This document shows, piece by piece, positions 10,167 to 20,594 of a DNA stretch of 64,000 nt. Origin of the DNA: Gaiellales bacterium (GTDB taxonomy: Bacteria > Actinomycetota > Thermoleophilia > Gaiellales > JAICJC01); the NCBI GenBank assembly GCA_038212095.1, contig JBBQUW010000003.1:15927-79926 (forward strand), read 5' to 3'. The translations under genes were made by a program, and so were the position numbers. The notes under the pieces are model-generated. The model ran no database searches and was not told where the DNA came from. It saw only the letters and a list, made by a program, of their open reading frames with translations. Within the stretch, counting starts at the first letter, position 1. Each line of letters begins with the position of its first letter.

Positions 10167-12065
10167 ATGCAAACACTCTCCTGGCTCTGTCTGCTGCTTC
10201 CGCTGGCGGGGGTCGCGCTGCTGGCGCTTGCGGGAACGCGGATCACTCGCGAGCAGGCGGCATGGCTCGGCACCGGCTTTGCATTCGCCTCCTTCCTGAG
10301 CGCAGCGGCAGTCTTCTTCCAGGTGCTGGGCGAGGGCAGCAGCCGCCGCGAACACGTCTTCACCCTCTACACCTGGGCCGGCTCAGCCGGGCTCACGGTG
10401 CCGCTCTCGATCCAGATCGACCAGCTGTCCGTGGTCGAGATGCTGATCGTGGCCGGAGTGGGCGCGCTGATCGTGATGTACTCGATCGGCTACATGCACG
10501 GCGATCCCAAGCAGCGCCGCTTCTTCGCGTACCTCGACCTGTTCCTGTTCTCGATGCTGCTCCTGGTGATGGCCGGGAACTTCCTGCTGCTGCTGGCCGG
10601 ATGGGGGTTGGTCGGCCTCTCGTCCTACCTGCTGATCGGCTTCTGGCACGAGCAGGAGGCGCCGGTGCAGGCGGCCAAGAAGGCGTTCGTGATGAACGCG
10701 ATCGGCGATGTCGGCATCGCGGTCGCGATCTTCTTCATGGTCAGGGATCTGGGCACGACCGACTATCAGAGCGTCTTTCACGGCGCCGCCGCCGGCATCG
10801 GCCGCGGCTCGGCCGACGCCAACTGGATCGCGATCGGCCTGCTGGTGGGAGCGGTCGCCAAGTCCGCCCAGATACCTCTGCACACGTGGCTTCCGGACGC
10901 GATGGAGGGCCCCACCCCGGTCAGCGCGCTGATCCATGCCGCGACGATGGTGACGGCCGGCGTGTACCTGGTGGCGCGCGCCCACGTGCTGTTCGAGCTG
11001 GCGCCCGACGTGCAGCGACTGGTGGCCGTGCTGGGAGTCGCGACGCTGCTGATGGCGGGTGTGATCGCGCTCGTGCAGACCGACATCAAGCGCATCATCG
11101 CCTACTCGACGATGAGTCAGATCGGATACATGTTCGCGGCCGTGGGCACCGGCGCCTACGCCGCCGGCATGTTCCACCTGCTCACGCACGCCTTCTTCAA
11201 GGCGCTCCTGTTCCTGGGCGCCGGCATCGTGATCCACGCGCTGGCCAACGAGCAGGACGTGCGCAAGATGGGCGGCCTGTCCAAGGCGCTGCCGCGCACC
11301 ACGATGCTGATGTGGGTGGGCACGATCGCACTGATCGGCTTCTTCCCGCTGTCGAAGGACGAGATCCTTGCCGGTGACCTGCACCACGGTGGCGGCATGG
11401 GCTGGCTGGTGTTCGTGGGTGGCCTGGTGGGCGCGGCCTTCACCGGCATCTACGCCGTGCGCCTGATGCGACTGGTGTTCTACGGCGAGCAGTCCCAGCA
11501 CGTCAAGGAGCACCTGCACGCCGAGCACGGCGAGGCTCCCTGGACGATGTTCTGGCCGGTCGCGGCGCTGGCGGCCGGCGCGCTGCTCTCGGGCCTGCTG
11601 GCGGTCGGATTCGGCATCACCAACGTGTTCGCCGAGTTCCTCTCGCAGGCCGCGCCGAACATCGACCCCACGGCCGGCGAGGACGTGGTGACGACGCTGC
11701 TGGCCTGGGCGCTTGGAGCGGGCGGCGGATACTACGTGTGGCGCCTGTACGACAGCCCGGCGCGGGTGGTTGCGGTGAGGCGGCGGTTCGAGACGATGGC
11801 GACCATCGCCGAGGCAAAGTTCGGCTGGGATGAGCTGTACTCCAACATCGGGTACCGGCCCGCCGTGTGGACTGCCCGCACGCTCGACCGCCTGGTCGAG
11901 CGCTGGGTGATCGGCGGCTCGATCTGGGTCACCCGCACCATCGTCGATACGGTGGCGCGCGGCACGTCCGCCGCGCAGTCCGGCGTCGTCCGCCAGTACG
12001 CCACCGTGCTGGCTGCGGGCGCCGCGGTGCTGGCCGTCTACTTCCTCGGCAAGGCCAGCCTGTGA
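10167..12065 (+). CDS. nuoL: NADH-quinone oxidoreductase subunit L
   Basis: 632 aa antiporter-like subunit with WLPDAMEGPTPVSALIHAATMV. Confidence 0.95.
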   Translation: MQTLSWLCLLLPLAGVALLALAGTRITREQAAWLGTGFAFASFLSAAAVFFQVLGEGSSRREHVFTLYTWAGSAGLTVPLSIQIDQLSVVEMLIVAGVGALIVMYSIGYMHGDPKQRRFFAYLDLFLFSMLLLVMAGNFLLLLAGWGLVGLSSYLLIGFWHEQEAPVQAAKKAFVMNAIGDVGIAVAIFFMVRDLGTTDYQSVFHGAAAGIGRGSADANWIAIGLLVGAVAKSAQIPLHTWLPDAMEGPTPVSALIHAATMVTAGVYLVARAHVLFELAPDVQRLVAVLGVATLLMAGVIALVQTDIKRIIAYSTMSQIGYMFAAVGTGAYAAGMFHLLTHAFFKALLFLGAGIVIHALANEQDVRKMGGLSKALPRTTMLMWVGTIALIGFFPLSKDEILAGDLHHGGGMGWLVFVGGLVGAAFTGIYAVRLMRLVFYGEQSQHVKEHLHAEHGEAPWTMFWPVAALAAGALLSGLLAVGFGITNVFAEFLSQAAPNIDPTAGEDVVTTLLAWALGAGGGYYVWRLYDSPARVVAVRRRFETMATIAEAKFGWDELYSNIGYRPAVWTARTLDRLVERWVIGGSIWVTRTIVDTVARGTSAAQSGVVRQYATVLAAGAAVLAVYFLGKASL

Positions 12066-13549
12066 CCGTGATTCTGATCGCGCTGCCGCTGATCGCCGCA
12101 GTCCTGGTTGGCTTCCTGCCGCTGCCGCATTCCACGGGCCAGCGGCTGGCGCTGCTGGCCTGCGTGGCCGAGCTAGTGGTTGCCGCGATCGCGATCGTCC
12201 GCTTCACCGTCGGCGGCGGCACGCAGTTTGTCACCGACCGGCTGTGGATCAACAACTTTGTCGGGAATGCCGACGTGCGCTTCCACGTCGCGCTGGATGG
12301 CCTGTCGCTGTTCATGGCGGCGCTGACCGCGGTCGGCGTGCTGGCTGCGATGTGGTCGGCCACGCAGGCTGGGCGCGAACGGCCGCGCGCGTACGCCGGG
12401 CTGTTGCTGCTTCTGCAGGCGGCACTGATGCTGCTGTTCACGGCCCGCGACCTGGTGCTGTTCTATGCCGGTTGGGAGATCATGATGATCGCCCTGTTCG
12501 TGCTGATGGGCGTATGGGGTCGCGCCGGCAGGCGCTTCGCGACGCTGCAGTTCGTGATCTACTCGCTGATCGGATCGCTGCTGATGCTGGTTGCGATCGC
12601 GACGCTGGGCGTCAAGGGCGGCTCGTTCGACCTGGCCACGCTGGCCGGCCAGAGCCGGGACTCGGTGTGGCTGTTCCTGGCCTTCTGTGCCGCCTTCTGC
12701 ATCAAGGCGCCGCTGTTCCCGCTGCACGGCTGGCTGCCGGCCGCCTACCGCGAGTCGACGCCCGAGGTGACGGCGCTTCTGTCCGGAGTCGTCTCCAAGG
12801 CCGGCGCGTACGGCCTGCTCCGGTTCGCGATTCCCCTGTTCCCCGCCACCGCCCACGACTGGCGCTGGCTCTTCCTGGGACTCGGGCTGGCCGGCCTGCT
12901 GTACGCCTCGATCGTCGCCTTCCGCCAGCCCGACGCCCGCGGCGTGGTGGCCTACTCCAGCCTCGGCCAGATGAACCTGATCGTGATCGGCATCTTCGCG
13001 CTCAACAGCAACGGCTACGCCGGGGCGGTCTTCCAGATGGTCAACCACGGCGTCGTCTCGCTGGCCGCATTCCTGCTGATCGGGCTGGTCGAGCTGCGCA
13101 CCGGCAGCGACGCCTTCCGCGGGCTGGGCGGGCTGGCCAACCGGCGTCCGGTGATGTCGACGGTGCTGCTGGTGACGGCGCTGTTCGCGCTGGCCGTGCC
13201 CGGATCGAGCGTGTTCGTGTCCGAGATCTACATCCTGATCGGCGCCTTTCAGCAGCAGGCGCTGCTGGGCGCGGCCGCGGCCCTCGCGATCGTGCTGGCT
13301 GCGATGTACATGCTGCGCTGGTACTCGGCGCTGGCACACGAGGGCGACGGCGAGCGCGTGACCGAGCAGACGCCCGACCTGCGCCTCTCCGAGCTGGTGC
13401 TGGCGGTGCCGCTGATCGCGATCCTGCTGACCATGTCCATCTGGCCGTTCGGCGTGATGGAGCGGATCGGCACGCCGCCGGCCGCCGCGCTGTACCAGGC
13501 GCAGTCCGCAGGCAGCGTCCAACTGGGGACGCCGGTGAGCTACCCGTGA
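12062..13549 (+). CDS. nuoM: NADH-quinone oxidoreductase subunit M
   Basis: GTG at 12062 forms a GTGA overlap with the nuoL stop. Antiporter-like, with HGWLPAAYRESTPEVTALLSGV. Confidence 0.92.
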   Translation: MTVILIALPLIAAVLVGFLPLPHSTGQRLALLACVAELVVAAIAIVRFTVGGGTQFVTDRLWINNFVGNADVRFHVALDGLSLFMAALTAVGVLAAMWSATQAGRERPRAYAGLLLLLQAALMLLFTARDLVLFYAGWEIMMIALFVLMGVWGRAGRRFATLQFVIYSLIGSLLMLVAIATLGVKGGSFDLATLAGQSRDSVWLFLAFCAAFCIKAPLFPLHGWLPAAYRESTPEVTALLSGVVSKAGAYGLLRFAIPLFPATAHDWRWLFLGLGLAGLLYASIVAFRQPDARGVVAYSSLGQMNLIVIGIFALNSNGYAGAVFQMVNHGVVSLAAFLLIGLVELRTGSDAFRGLGGLANRRPVMSTVLLVTALFALAVPGSSVFVSEIYILIGAFQQQALLGAAAALAIVLAAMYMLRWYSALAHEGDGERVTEQTPDLRLSELVLAVPLIAILLTMSIWPFGVMERIGTPPAAALYQAQSAGSVQLGTPVSYP

Positions 13550-15003
13550 CGACGATCCCCGTCTCCTGGTCGGCAATCGCTCCCGAGATCGTGCTGCTGT
13601 CGTGCGCGTGCGCGCTTCTCACCTTCGCCATCTTCCTGCCCTCCCGGCTGGCCCGGCCGCTGTCGGCGCTAATCGCGATCGGCGGCCTGGCGGGCGCGAT
13701 GGTGGCACCGGTCGCGCAGTGGCACGATGCCGCCCGCGGCCCCTTCGACCACACGCTGCGGATCGATGCATTCGGCAACGGGGCGCGACTGCTGATCTTC
13801 GCCGCTGCGATGCTGGCAGTGGTGATCGCGTGGGGAATGCCGCGGATCGCCGACCGGGTGGTCGAGTACCACGCGTTGCTGCTGGCGGCAGCGGCCGGCA
13901 TGTCGCTGCTGGCGGTCGCGAACAGCCTGGTGATCCTGTTCATCGCGCTGGAGCTGTTCTCGATCGCCCTGTACGTGCTGGTCGCGATCGAGTCCGACGA
14001 GCTTCCAGGGCTGGAGGGCTCGCTCAAGTACCTGGTGATCGGATCGGTGGGCGCCGCCTTCCTGCTGTATGGCTCGGCGCTGGTGTATGGCGCCACCGGC
14101 CAGTTCGAGTTCGACCGCATCGCCCACTCGATCCACCACGGTGACGCCCACTCCGGCGTACTGCTGCTAGGCATCGCCCTGATCGTTGTGGGGCTGGGCT
14201 TCAAGTCCAACGCGGCGCCCTTTCACATGTGGACGCCGGACGCCTACGAAGGCGCCCCGACGCCGGTGACCGCGTTCATGTCTGCTGCCACCAAGACGAT
14301 CGCGCTGGTGGTGACCCTGCGCGTGCTTGTGGCCGCATTCGGCGAGACCTCGCAGGTGTGGGAGGTCGCGATCGGCGGCCTCGCGATCGCGTCGTTCGTG
14401 GTTGGCAACCTGGCCGCCCTGCGACAGACCAACGTCAAGCGGATGCTGGCCTACTCGACGGTTGGCCACACCGGCTTCCTGTTCACCGCCGTGGCCGCGC
14501 ACAGCACGCTGGGCACACGCGCGCTGCTCTACTACCTGGTGATCTACTCGCTGATGAACCTGGGCGCGTTCGCGCTGGTTGCGATCCGCGAGCGCGAGCT
14601 GGGGCGGCCGGTAGAGATCGTCGATTTTGCCGGCTACGGCTACCGAAGGCCGCTGCTGGCAATCGCGATGGTGGTCTTCATGCTCTCGCTGGCCGGCTTC
14701 CCGCCCACCGGCGGCTTCATCGGCAAGCTCTCGATCTGGTCGGCGGCGGTGGACGCCGGGCAGACGTACCTGGCGGTGGCAGGCGTGGCCGCGACCGTTG
14801 TCGCGCTGGCGTACTACCTGAAGATCCCGTTCGCGATGTTCGACCGCGACGCGGCACCGGTCGACGCACCCCACCGTCCGGCGCTTGCAATAACCTCCGC
14901 TACCGTGGTGGCAACGGCGGTCGCCGTGCTGGTGGCGGGCATCGTCCCCGGCCCACTTTTCGATCTCGCGCAGACGGCGAGCAGATCCCTGATCGGCGGG
15001 TAG
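13546..15003 (+). CDS. nuoN: NADH-quinone oxidoreductase subunit N
   Basis: GTG at 13546 forms a GTGA overlap with the nuoM stop. Antiporter-like, with FHMWTPDAYEGAPTPVTAFM. Confidence 0.92.
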   Translation: MTTIPVSWSAIAPEIVLLSCACALLTFAIFLPSRLARPLSALIAIGGLAGAMVAPVAQWHDAARGPFDHTLRIDAFGNGARLLIFAAAMLAVVIAWGMPRIADRVVEYHALLLAAAAGMSLLAVANSLVILFIALELFSIALYVLVAIESDELPGLEGSLKYLVIGSVGAAFLLYGSALVYGATGQFEFDRIAHSIHHGDAHSGVLLLGIALIVVGLGFKSNAAPFHMWTPDAYEGAPTPVTAFMSAATKTIALVVTLRVLVAAFGETSQVWEVAIGGLAIASFVVGNLAALRQTNVKRMLAYSTVGHTGFLFTAVAAHSTLGTRALLYYLVIYSLMNLGAFALVAIRERELGRPVEIVDFAGYGYRRPLLAIAMVVFMLSLAGFPPTGGFIGKLSIWSAAVDAGQTYLAVAGVAATVVALAYYLKIPFAMFDRDAAPVDAPHRPALAITSATVVATAVAVLVAGIVPGPLFDLAQTASRSLIGG

Positions 15004-15009
15004 GAGAGG

Positions 15010-15663
15010 ATGCGGATGATGCGGCGAACGGCACTGGTGTCAACCCTGGCGATCGCCGTGCTGGCGGTCTCGCCCTCCCCGGCCCAGGCGCGGACTCTCT
15101 CCCAGGGCAGCTGCGGACCGGACGTGTTCGCGCTGCAGGTGCGCCTCTACAACCGCAGCTACCTGCCCAAGAACTACCACCCGGGCTGCTTCGACTACCG
15201 CACCACCCAGGCCGTGATGGCCTTCCAGGGCTGGGTCGGGTTCACGCGGGACGGCATCGCCGGCTCGCTGACGCAGGCGCGGCTGAAGATCTCGGTCACG
15301 CCGAAGCCGTGGACAGGCACGCGGACGTTCCGCCACATCGAGATACACAAGGCGAAGCAGATAATGATCCTGGTCGGCTCAGAGGGCAGGGTGCAGCGGA
15401 CGATCCACGTCTCGACCGCGGCACCGGGGCACGTGACACCGACCGGCCACTGGAAGGTCTACTCGAAGTCGCTGATGTCATGGTCGAACCTGTTCCACGT
15501 CTGGCTGCCGTACGCGAGCTACGTCGTCGGCGGCGTCGCCATGCACTCGTATCCCGACGTGCCCGGCTATCCCGCATCACACGGCTGCATCAGAATCGGA
15601 GCGCCGGAAGCGCCGTGGGTGTACGCCTGGGCGCCGATCGGCACGCCGGTCTGGATCGCCTGA
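15010..15663 (+). CDS. L,D-transpeptidase (YkuD fold) with an N-terminal peptidoglycan-binding domain; secreted
   Basis: It has a signal peptide (ALVSTLAIAVLAVSPSPAQA), a PG_binding_1-like segment (VFALQVRL...AVMAFQGW) and the catalytic SHGCIR motif. It starts 6 nt after nuoN. Confidence 0.88.
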   Translation: MRMMRRTALVSTLAIAVLAVSPSPAQARTLSQGSCGPDVFALQVRLYNRSYLPKNYHPGCFDYRTTQAVMAFQGWVGFTRDGIAGSLTQARLKISVTPKPWTGTRTFRHIEIHKAKQIMILVGSEGRVQRTIHVSTAAPGHVTPTGHWKVYSKSLMSWSNLFHVWLPYASYVVGGVAMHSYPDVPGYPASHGCIRIGAPEAPWVYAWAPIGTPVWIA

Positions 15664-15664
15664 T

Positions 15665-16072
15665 CTAGCGCGAGAGCAGCTCGCGCACCGGTGCCAGCCG
15701 GTCGCGCAAAGGACGCGAGTCGAGCCGCAGCAGCCGGGCGCTCTGGCCCGCCATCACCACGATCAGCGCGAACAGGGCCAGTGCGCTCGCCCCATCGGGA
15801 GCGCGCGGATCGAGCACCGCCGGCGAGCGAATCGCGGCGTCCGCCATCACCAGCATGCCGGCCAAGCCGTTGCCGGCCAGCGCCAGCACGGTGCGAACGT
15901 CGAGCATCTCCGCCACCTCGAGGTAGGACTGGAAGGCCGCGAACAGCAGCACCGCAGCAGCCACGGCCGTGAGGTAGAAGGCGGACAGATTGGTGGGCGC
16001 GAGCAGCGACGCGGTGGCCGCGAGCAGCGCCCCGGCCAGCGCCGCCCTGGGCGCGGAGAGGGTGGTGGTCAT
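15665..16072 (-). CDS. Hypothetical integral membrane protein
   Basis: I placed the start at the internal ATG at 16072. It is 135 aa, mostly Ala/Leu-rich hydrophobic helices. I recognise no family. Confidence 0.55.
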   Translation of the reverse strand: MTTTLSAPRAALAGALLAATASLLAPTNLSAFYLTAVAAAVLLFAAFQSYLEVAEMLDVRTVLALAGNGLAGMLVMADAAIRSPAVLDPRAPDGASALALFALIVVMAGQSARLLRLDSRPLRDRLAPVRELLSR

Positions 16073-16179
16073 GGCCCAGGACTTCGCCGCCCGCGCGGCC
16101 GATCCTGCCGTGCGTTGCCTGCGGTCGACGACGCGGTTACTCTGACGGGCGAAACGGCGAACAGGAGCGTGAGGCAGGT

Positions 16180-16899
16180 ATGGGGCTCGACAATGGCGTG
16201 CGGCTGACGTGGGTGGGACATGCGACGTGGATCCTCGAGTCACCGGGCGGCACGCGGGTGCTGATCGATCCCTGGGTGACCGGCAACCCCGTGGTGCCGG
16301 AGGCGCTGGCCGACCCTGGACCGGCCGAGGTGTTCCTGCTCACGCACGGCCACTCCGATCACATCGGCGATGTCGAGCAGCTTGCCGCGCGGCACCAGCC
16401 CCAGGCGGTGATCGCGATCAACGAGCTTGCCACCCACCTCGAGGGTCGCGGCGTCCAGAACCTGATCGGCATGAACAAGGGCGGCACCGTCGAGGCGGCC
16501 GGGATCCGCTTCACGATGGTGCCCGCCGGCCACACCTCGAGCATCCAGGACGAGGACGGCCGCATCGTCTACCTGGGTGAGGCCAACGGCTACGTCGTCA
16601 CGCTCGAGAACGGCTACCGAATCTACGTCTCGGGTGACACCTGCGTGTTCGGCGACATGGCGCTGATCGGCCGGCTGTATGCGCCCGACCTGGCGATGCT
16701 GCCGATCGGCGATCACTTCACGATGGGCCCGTTCGAGGCCGCCGAGGCGATCCGGCTGCTCGGCGTCAAGCGGGTCGTCCCCACGCACTACGGCACGTTC
16801 GGGCTGCTCACTGGGACTCCCCAGGCGCTGCGCGAGGCGGCCGCGGACGTGGTCGGCCTGGAGGTGCTGGACGTGCAGCCCGGTGGGACGGTGGCGTGA
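16180..16899 (+). CDS. Metal-dependent hydrolase, MBL fold (UPF0173-like)
   Basis: The TWVGHATWILE...LIDPW...LLTHGHSDHIGD motif is present. Confidence 0.85.
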   Translation: MGLDNGVRLTWVGHATWILESPGGTRVLIDPWVTGNPVVPEALADPGPAEVFLLTHGHSDHIGDVEQLAARHQPQAVIAINELATHLEGRGVQNLIGMNKGGTVEAAGIRFTMVPAGHTSSIQDEDGRIVYLGEANGYVVTLENGYRIYVSGDTCVFGDMALIGRLYAPDLAMLPIGDHFTMGPFEAAEAIRLLGVKRVVPTHYGTFGLLTGTPQALREAAADVVGLEVLDVQPGGTVA

Positions 16900-17717
16900 C
16901 CTTCTCGCTGGTGGCATGCGACCTCGAACGGCGCCAGTGGGGCGTCGCGGTGGCATCAAAATTCCCGGCCGTGGGCGCCGTCGTGCCGTGGGCGGGCGGC
17001 GACGTCGGCGCCGTTGCCACCCAGAGCTACGCCAACGTGCGCTACGGCCCGGAGGGACTCGAACTGCTGGCAGCCGGGCTCTCAGCGGAGCAGGCTGTCG
17101 AGCGGCTGACCGGCGCCGATCACGAGCGTGACCAGCGCCAGCTCGGCATCGTCGACCGAGAGGGCGGCAGCGCCACCTTCACCGGTCGATCCTGCATGGA
17201 CTGGGCGGGCGGCCGCTCCGGGCACTGCTTCGCCGCGCAGGGCAACATCCTGGCCGGGCCGCAGGTGGTCGATGCGTTGGCAGAGACGTTCCTGGCCGCG
17301 GCCGGATCGCTCGCCGAGCGGCTGCTGGCCGCGCTGCTTGCCGCCGACCGGGCGGGCGGCGACCGGCGCGGACGCCAGGGCGCGGCCGTGATCGTCCGCC
17401 AGACCGGCGCCGGCTACGGCGGCAACAACGACATCCTGCTCGACCTGCGCGTGGACGACCACCCCGATCCGGTGCCGGAGCTGATACGGATCCACGGCGT
17501 GTACGACCTCCTGTTCGGCCACACGCCCGCCGACCAGTTCCTGCCGCTGGAGGGCGCGCTGGCGGACGAGGTGCAGCGCACCGTCGCCGCGCTGGGGCAC
17601 GGCTCGCTGGCGGACTGGGCGGCCGTGCAGAACCTCGAGGAGCGGCTGGCGCCGGACGGTGGCAGCATCGACCCCGCGGTGCTGCACGCGCTACGCGGCG
17701 CCGCCGCCGGCTCCTAG
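16896..17717 (+). CDS. DUF1028-family (Ntn-hydrolase-like) protein with a C-terminal peptidoglycan-binding-like segment
   Basis: The (M)TFSLVACD N-terminus followed by GVAVASKFPAVGAVVPW is typical of DUF1028. GTGA overlap with the upstream gene. Confidence 0.75.
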   Translation: MTFSLVACDLERRQWGVAVASKFPAVGAVVPWAGGDVGAVATQSYANVRYGPEGLELLAAGLSAEQAVERLTGADHERDQRQLGIVDREGGSATFTGRSCMDWAGGRSGHCFAAQGNILAGPQVVDALAETFLAAAGSLAERLLAALLAADRAGGDRRGRQGAAVIVRQTGAGYGGNNDILLDLRVDDHPDPVPELIRIHGVYDLLFGHTPADQFLPLEGALADEVQRTVAALGHGSLADWAAVQNLEERLAPDGGSIDPAVLHALRGAAAGS

Positions 17718-17727
17718 AATCAATTAT

Positions 17728-18834
17728 CTAGATCACGGCCAGCGGCGTCTTGATCCGCTCGGCGCCGCTGCGCGGGCGAAGCACGCCCGGTAGGTCGGCG
17801 GCGATGGCCGCGATGGCACGTGCCGATGCCGAGCCGGGATCAGACACCACCAGCGGCGTACCGCCGTCCGAGGCGACGCGCAGCGGCTCGTCCAGCGGCA
17901 CCTGGCCGAGCAGCGGCACGCCCAGGTCGTCCGCCAGCCGGCGGCCACCGCCCTCGCCGAACGGTCGCGTGATCTCGCCGCAACAGGCGCACACCAAGTG
18001 GCTCATGTTCTCGATCACGCCCGCCACGCGCATGCCGGTCTTGGCGGCGACGTCCGCCGCTCGCATCGCCACCCGTTGCGCGGCCAGCTGGGGCGTGGTC
18101 ACGATCACCAGATCGGGCGACGGCAGCAGCTGCCCGAGCGAGATCGGGATGTCGCCGGTACCGGGAGGCATGTCCACGACCAGGTAGTCGATCTCGCCCC
18201 AGTGGACGTCGGACAGGAACTGCTCCAAGGCGCGATGCAGCATCGGACCGCGCCACGGCACAGCGCCGTCGTCATCGACGAAGAAGCCGATCGACATGAT
18301 CTTGATGCCGTGGTTGACGGGCGGGATCATCATCTGATCGACCGCCACCGGACGGCGTGAGATACCCAGCATGCGCGGCATCGAGTAGCCGTAGATATCG
18401 GCATCGATCACGCCCACCTCGGCGCCGCCCACGGCCAGCGCTGCGGCCAGGTTCGCGGTCAGCGTTGATTTGCCGACACCACCCTTGCCGGAGGCCACAG
18501 CGATCACCCGCGTGGCGGGGTCGAGGCTGAGCTTGGTCTGCTCGTCGCCGCCACCCGACAGCTTGCGTCGCAGGCCGGTGCGCTGCTCGGCGCTCATCAC
18601 GTCGAACGTGACCGTCACCGATTCGACACCGGCCACGCCGCCCACGTGCTGCACGACCTGCTGCTCGAGGTTCGCCTTCATCGGGCATCCCGGCGTGGTC
18701 AGCGCGATCGTCACGTCCACGCGCTGACCATCGATCCGCACCTCGCGCACCATCTCCAGCTCCACCACGCTGCGGCGGATCTCGGGGTCGATCACCGCCA
18801 CCAGGGCCTCGCGTATCCGTGCCTCGCTGACCAT
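17728..18834 (-). CDS. mrp: Mrp/ApbC-type Fe-S cluster carrier ATPase with an N-terminal DUF59 domain
   Basis: Internal ATG at 18834. DPEIRRSVVELEMV is the DUF59 part, VASGKGGVGKST is the deviant Walker A, and a CxxC is present (CACCGE). The upstream 234 codons of the track ORF lie antisense to the ABC ATPase gene. Confidence 0.92.
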   Translation of the reverse strand: MVSEARIREALVAVIDPEIRRSVVELEMVREVRIDGQRVDVTIALTTPGCPMKANLEQQVVQHVGGVAGVESVTVTFDVMSAEQRTGLRRKLSGGGDEQTKLSLDPATRVIAVASGKGGVGKSTLTANLAAALAVGGAEVGVIDADIYGYSMPRMLGISRRPVAVDQMMIPPVNHGIKIMSIGFFVDDDGAVPWRGPMLHRALEQFLSDVHWGEIDYLVVDMPPGTGDIPISLGQLLPSPDLVIVTTPQLAAQRVAMRAADVAAKTGMRVAGVIENMSHLVCACCGEITRPFGEGGGRRLADDLGVPLLGQVPLDEPLRVASDGGTPLVVSDPGSASARAIAAIAADLPGVLRPRSGAERIKTPLAVI

Positions 18835-18876
18835 CGCCGGATGGTAGCCGTCGCGCGGCTTGGTACGGTGAGGAGG

Positions 18877-19821
18877 ATGGATGCGATCGTCGTCGATCAG
18901 CTGCGAAAGACGTTCGCCGGCAGCGGCCGGATGCGTAAGCGTGCCCCGGTCGAGGCCGTGGCGGGCATCAGCTTCACGGTCGCGGCCGGAGAGCGGCTGG
19001 CCTACATCGGCCCCAACGGGGCCGGCAAGTCGACCTCGATCAAGATGCTGACGGGAATCCTGCACCCCAGCTCGGGACAGGCCGAGGTGCTGGGGCTGGT
19101 GCCGTGGCGGCAGCGACGACGGCTCGCGGGCCGGATCGGGACGCTGTTCGGGCAGCGCTCGCAGCTCTGGTTCCAGCTCACCCCACGGCAGACCTACAGC
19201 CTGCTGGCGCGAATCTACCGCGTCACCGCCGACGAGGAGCGGGCGCGGATCGCCGAGCTGGGCGAGCTGCTGGACGCCGGCGACCTGTTCGACCGCCCCG
19301 TGCGCAGCCTCTCGCTGGGGCAGCGGATGCGCTGCGAGCTGGTGGCGTCGATGCTGCACCAGCCCGAGGTGCTGTTTTTGGACGAGCCGACCATCGGCCT
19401 CGATCTGGTCGCCAAGTCGCTGTTCCGCGATCTGATCGTGCGGATCAACGAGGAGCGCGGCACCACGATCCTGCTCACGTCGCACGACGTGTCGGATATC
19501 GAGCAGGTGGCGCGGCGCGTGATCGTGATCAACCATGGCCGGCTGATCTACGATGACCGCGTCTCGCAGATGCGGCGCACGCTGCTTGGCACCAAGATGA
19601 TCGACGTGCGCTTCGCGCAGCCGCCGGACTCGCTCGAGATCGAGGGCACCCGGCTGGTGAAGCTCTCGGGCGCCGGTGCCAAGCTGGTGGTGGATACCAC
19701 GCTGCGGCCGATCCGGTCAGTGCTGGACGACCTGCTCGACCGCCATGAGGTGGTCGACATCTCGGTCTCCGACCCGCCGCTGGAGGAGATCGTCTCGCAT
19801 ATCTACGCCAGGCCGGCATGA
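18877..19821 (+). CDS. ABC transporter ATP-binding protein (DUF990-type exporter)
   Basis: Internal ATG at 18877, preceded by GAGGAGG. GPNGAGKST is the Walker A, LSLGQRMR is the signature motif and LFLDEPT is the Walker B. Confidence 0.92.
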   Translation: MDAIVVDQLRKTFAGSGRMRKRAPVEAVAGISFTVAAGERLAYIGPNGAGKSTSIKMLTGILHPSSGQAEVLGLVPWRQRRRLAGRIGTLFGQRSQLWFQLTPRQTYSLLARIYRVTADEERARIAELGELLDAGDLFDRPVRSLSLGQRMRCELVASMLHQPEVLFLDEPTIGLDLVAKSLFRDLIVRINEERGTTILLTSHDVSDIEQVARRVIVINHGRLIYDDRVSQMRRTLLGTKMIDVRFAQPPDSLEIEGTRLVKLSGAGAKLVVDTTLRPIRSVLDDLLDRHEVVDISVSDPPLEEIVSHIYARPA

Positions 19822-20594
19822 GGGCGTATCTGGCCGGATTCGACCGCGGCTTTCGGCGCACCATCGCCGATCCCGGCGACATGGCGGTGCGGGTCGGCTT
19901 CTTCGCCATCATCCTGGTGGTGATGGTGGCGCTGTGGAGAGCGGCGATCGCTGCCCACGGCGGCTCGATCGGCGGCTACGACATGCGCTCGCTGCTGTGG
20001 TACGTGTTCGCCGCACAGACGGCTGTGCTGGGCGTCCGGCCGCGTTCGGTGGAGGAGATCGGCGACGAGATCGGATCGGGTGCGATCGCGATCCAGATGC
20101 TGCGCCCGGTCTCGGTGGTCGGGCTGCGGATCTCGATCGAGCTGGGTGAGGGCGCGGCGCGGCTGTTGACCGCGCTGATCGCGGGCGGGATGCTGACCTG
20201 GTGGTTCGCCGGGCCACCGCCGTCGGCGGCGGGGCTGGCCCTGGCGGTGCCGGCGGTCGCGCTCGGCTGCGCCGCCAACGTCGCCTCCCAGCACGCCTTC
20301 GGTGCGGTCGCGTTCTGGCTGCTGGATGCCAAGTCGTCCTGGTTCTTCTACCAGAAGCTGGTGTTCCTCCCCGGCGGCATGCTGATCCCGCTCGAGCTGC
20401 TGCCGCATCCGCTGGAGCTGGCCAGCCGGCTGCTGCCGTTCGCGACGATGGCGTACGTGCCGGGCCGGCTGGCGTCGGGCGATGCCGATCCGATGCTGCT
20501 CGCGTGGCAGCTGGGCTGGCTGGCCGCGCTGATGGCGATCGCGGTGGCCGCATTCGCGGCCGGCGAGCGACGGCTCTCGGTGGTGGGCGGATGA
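19818..20594 (+). CDS. ABC-2 family permease (DUF990-like)
   Basis: Six predicted TM helices. ATGA overlap with the ATPase gene. Confidence 0.8.
   Translation: MRAYLAGFDRGFRRTIADPGDMAVRVGFFAIILVVMVALWRAAIAAHGGSIGGYDMRSLLWYVFAAQTAVLGVRPRSVEEIGDEIGSGAIAIQMLRPVSVVGLRISIELGEGAARLLTALIAGGMLTWWFAGPPPSAAGLALAVPAVALGCAANVASQHAFGAVAFWLLDAKSSWFFYQKLVFLPGGMLIPLELLPHPLELASRLLPFATMAYVPGRLASGDADPMLLAWQLGWLAALMAIAVAAFAAGERRLSVVGG

Noticed and set aside
17728-19536. Full 602-aa track ORF for the Mrp gene.
   Set aside because: The first 234 codons lie antisense to the ABC ATPase gene and lack homology. The Mrp/DUF59 similarity begins at ATG 18834.
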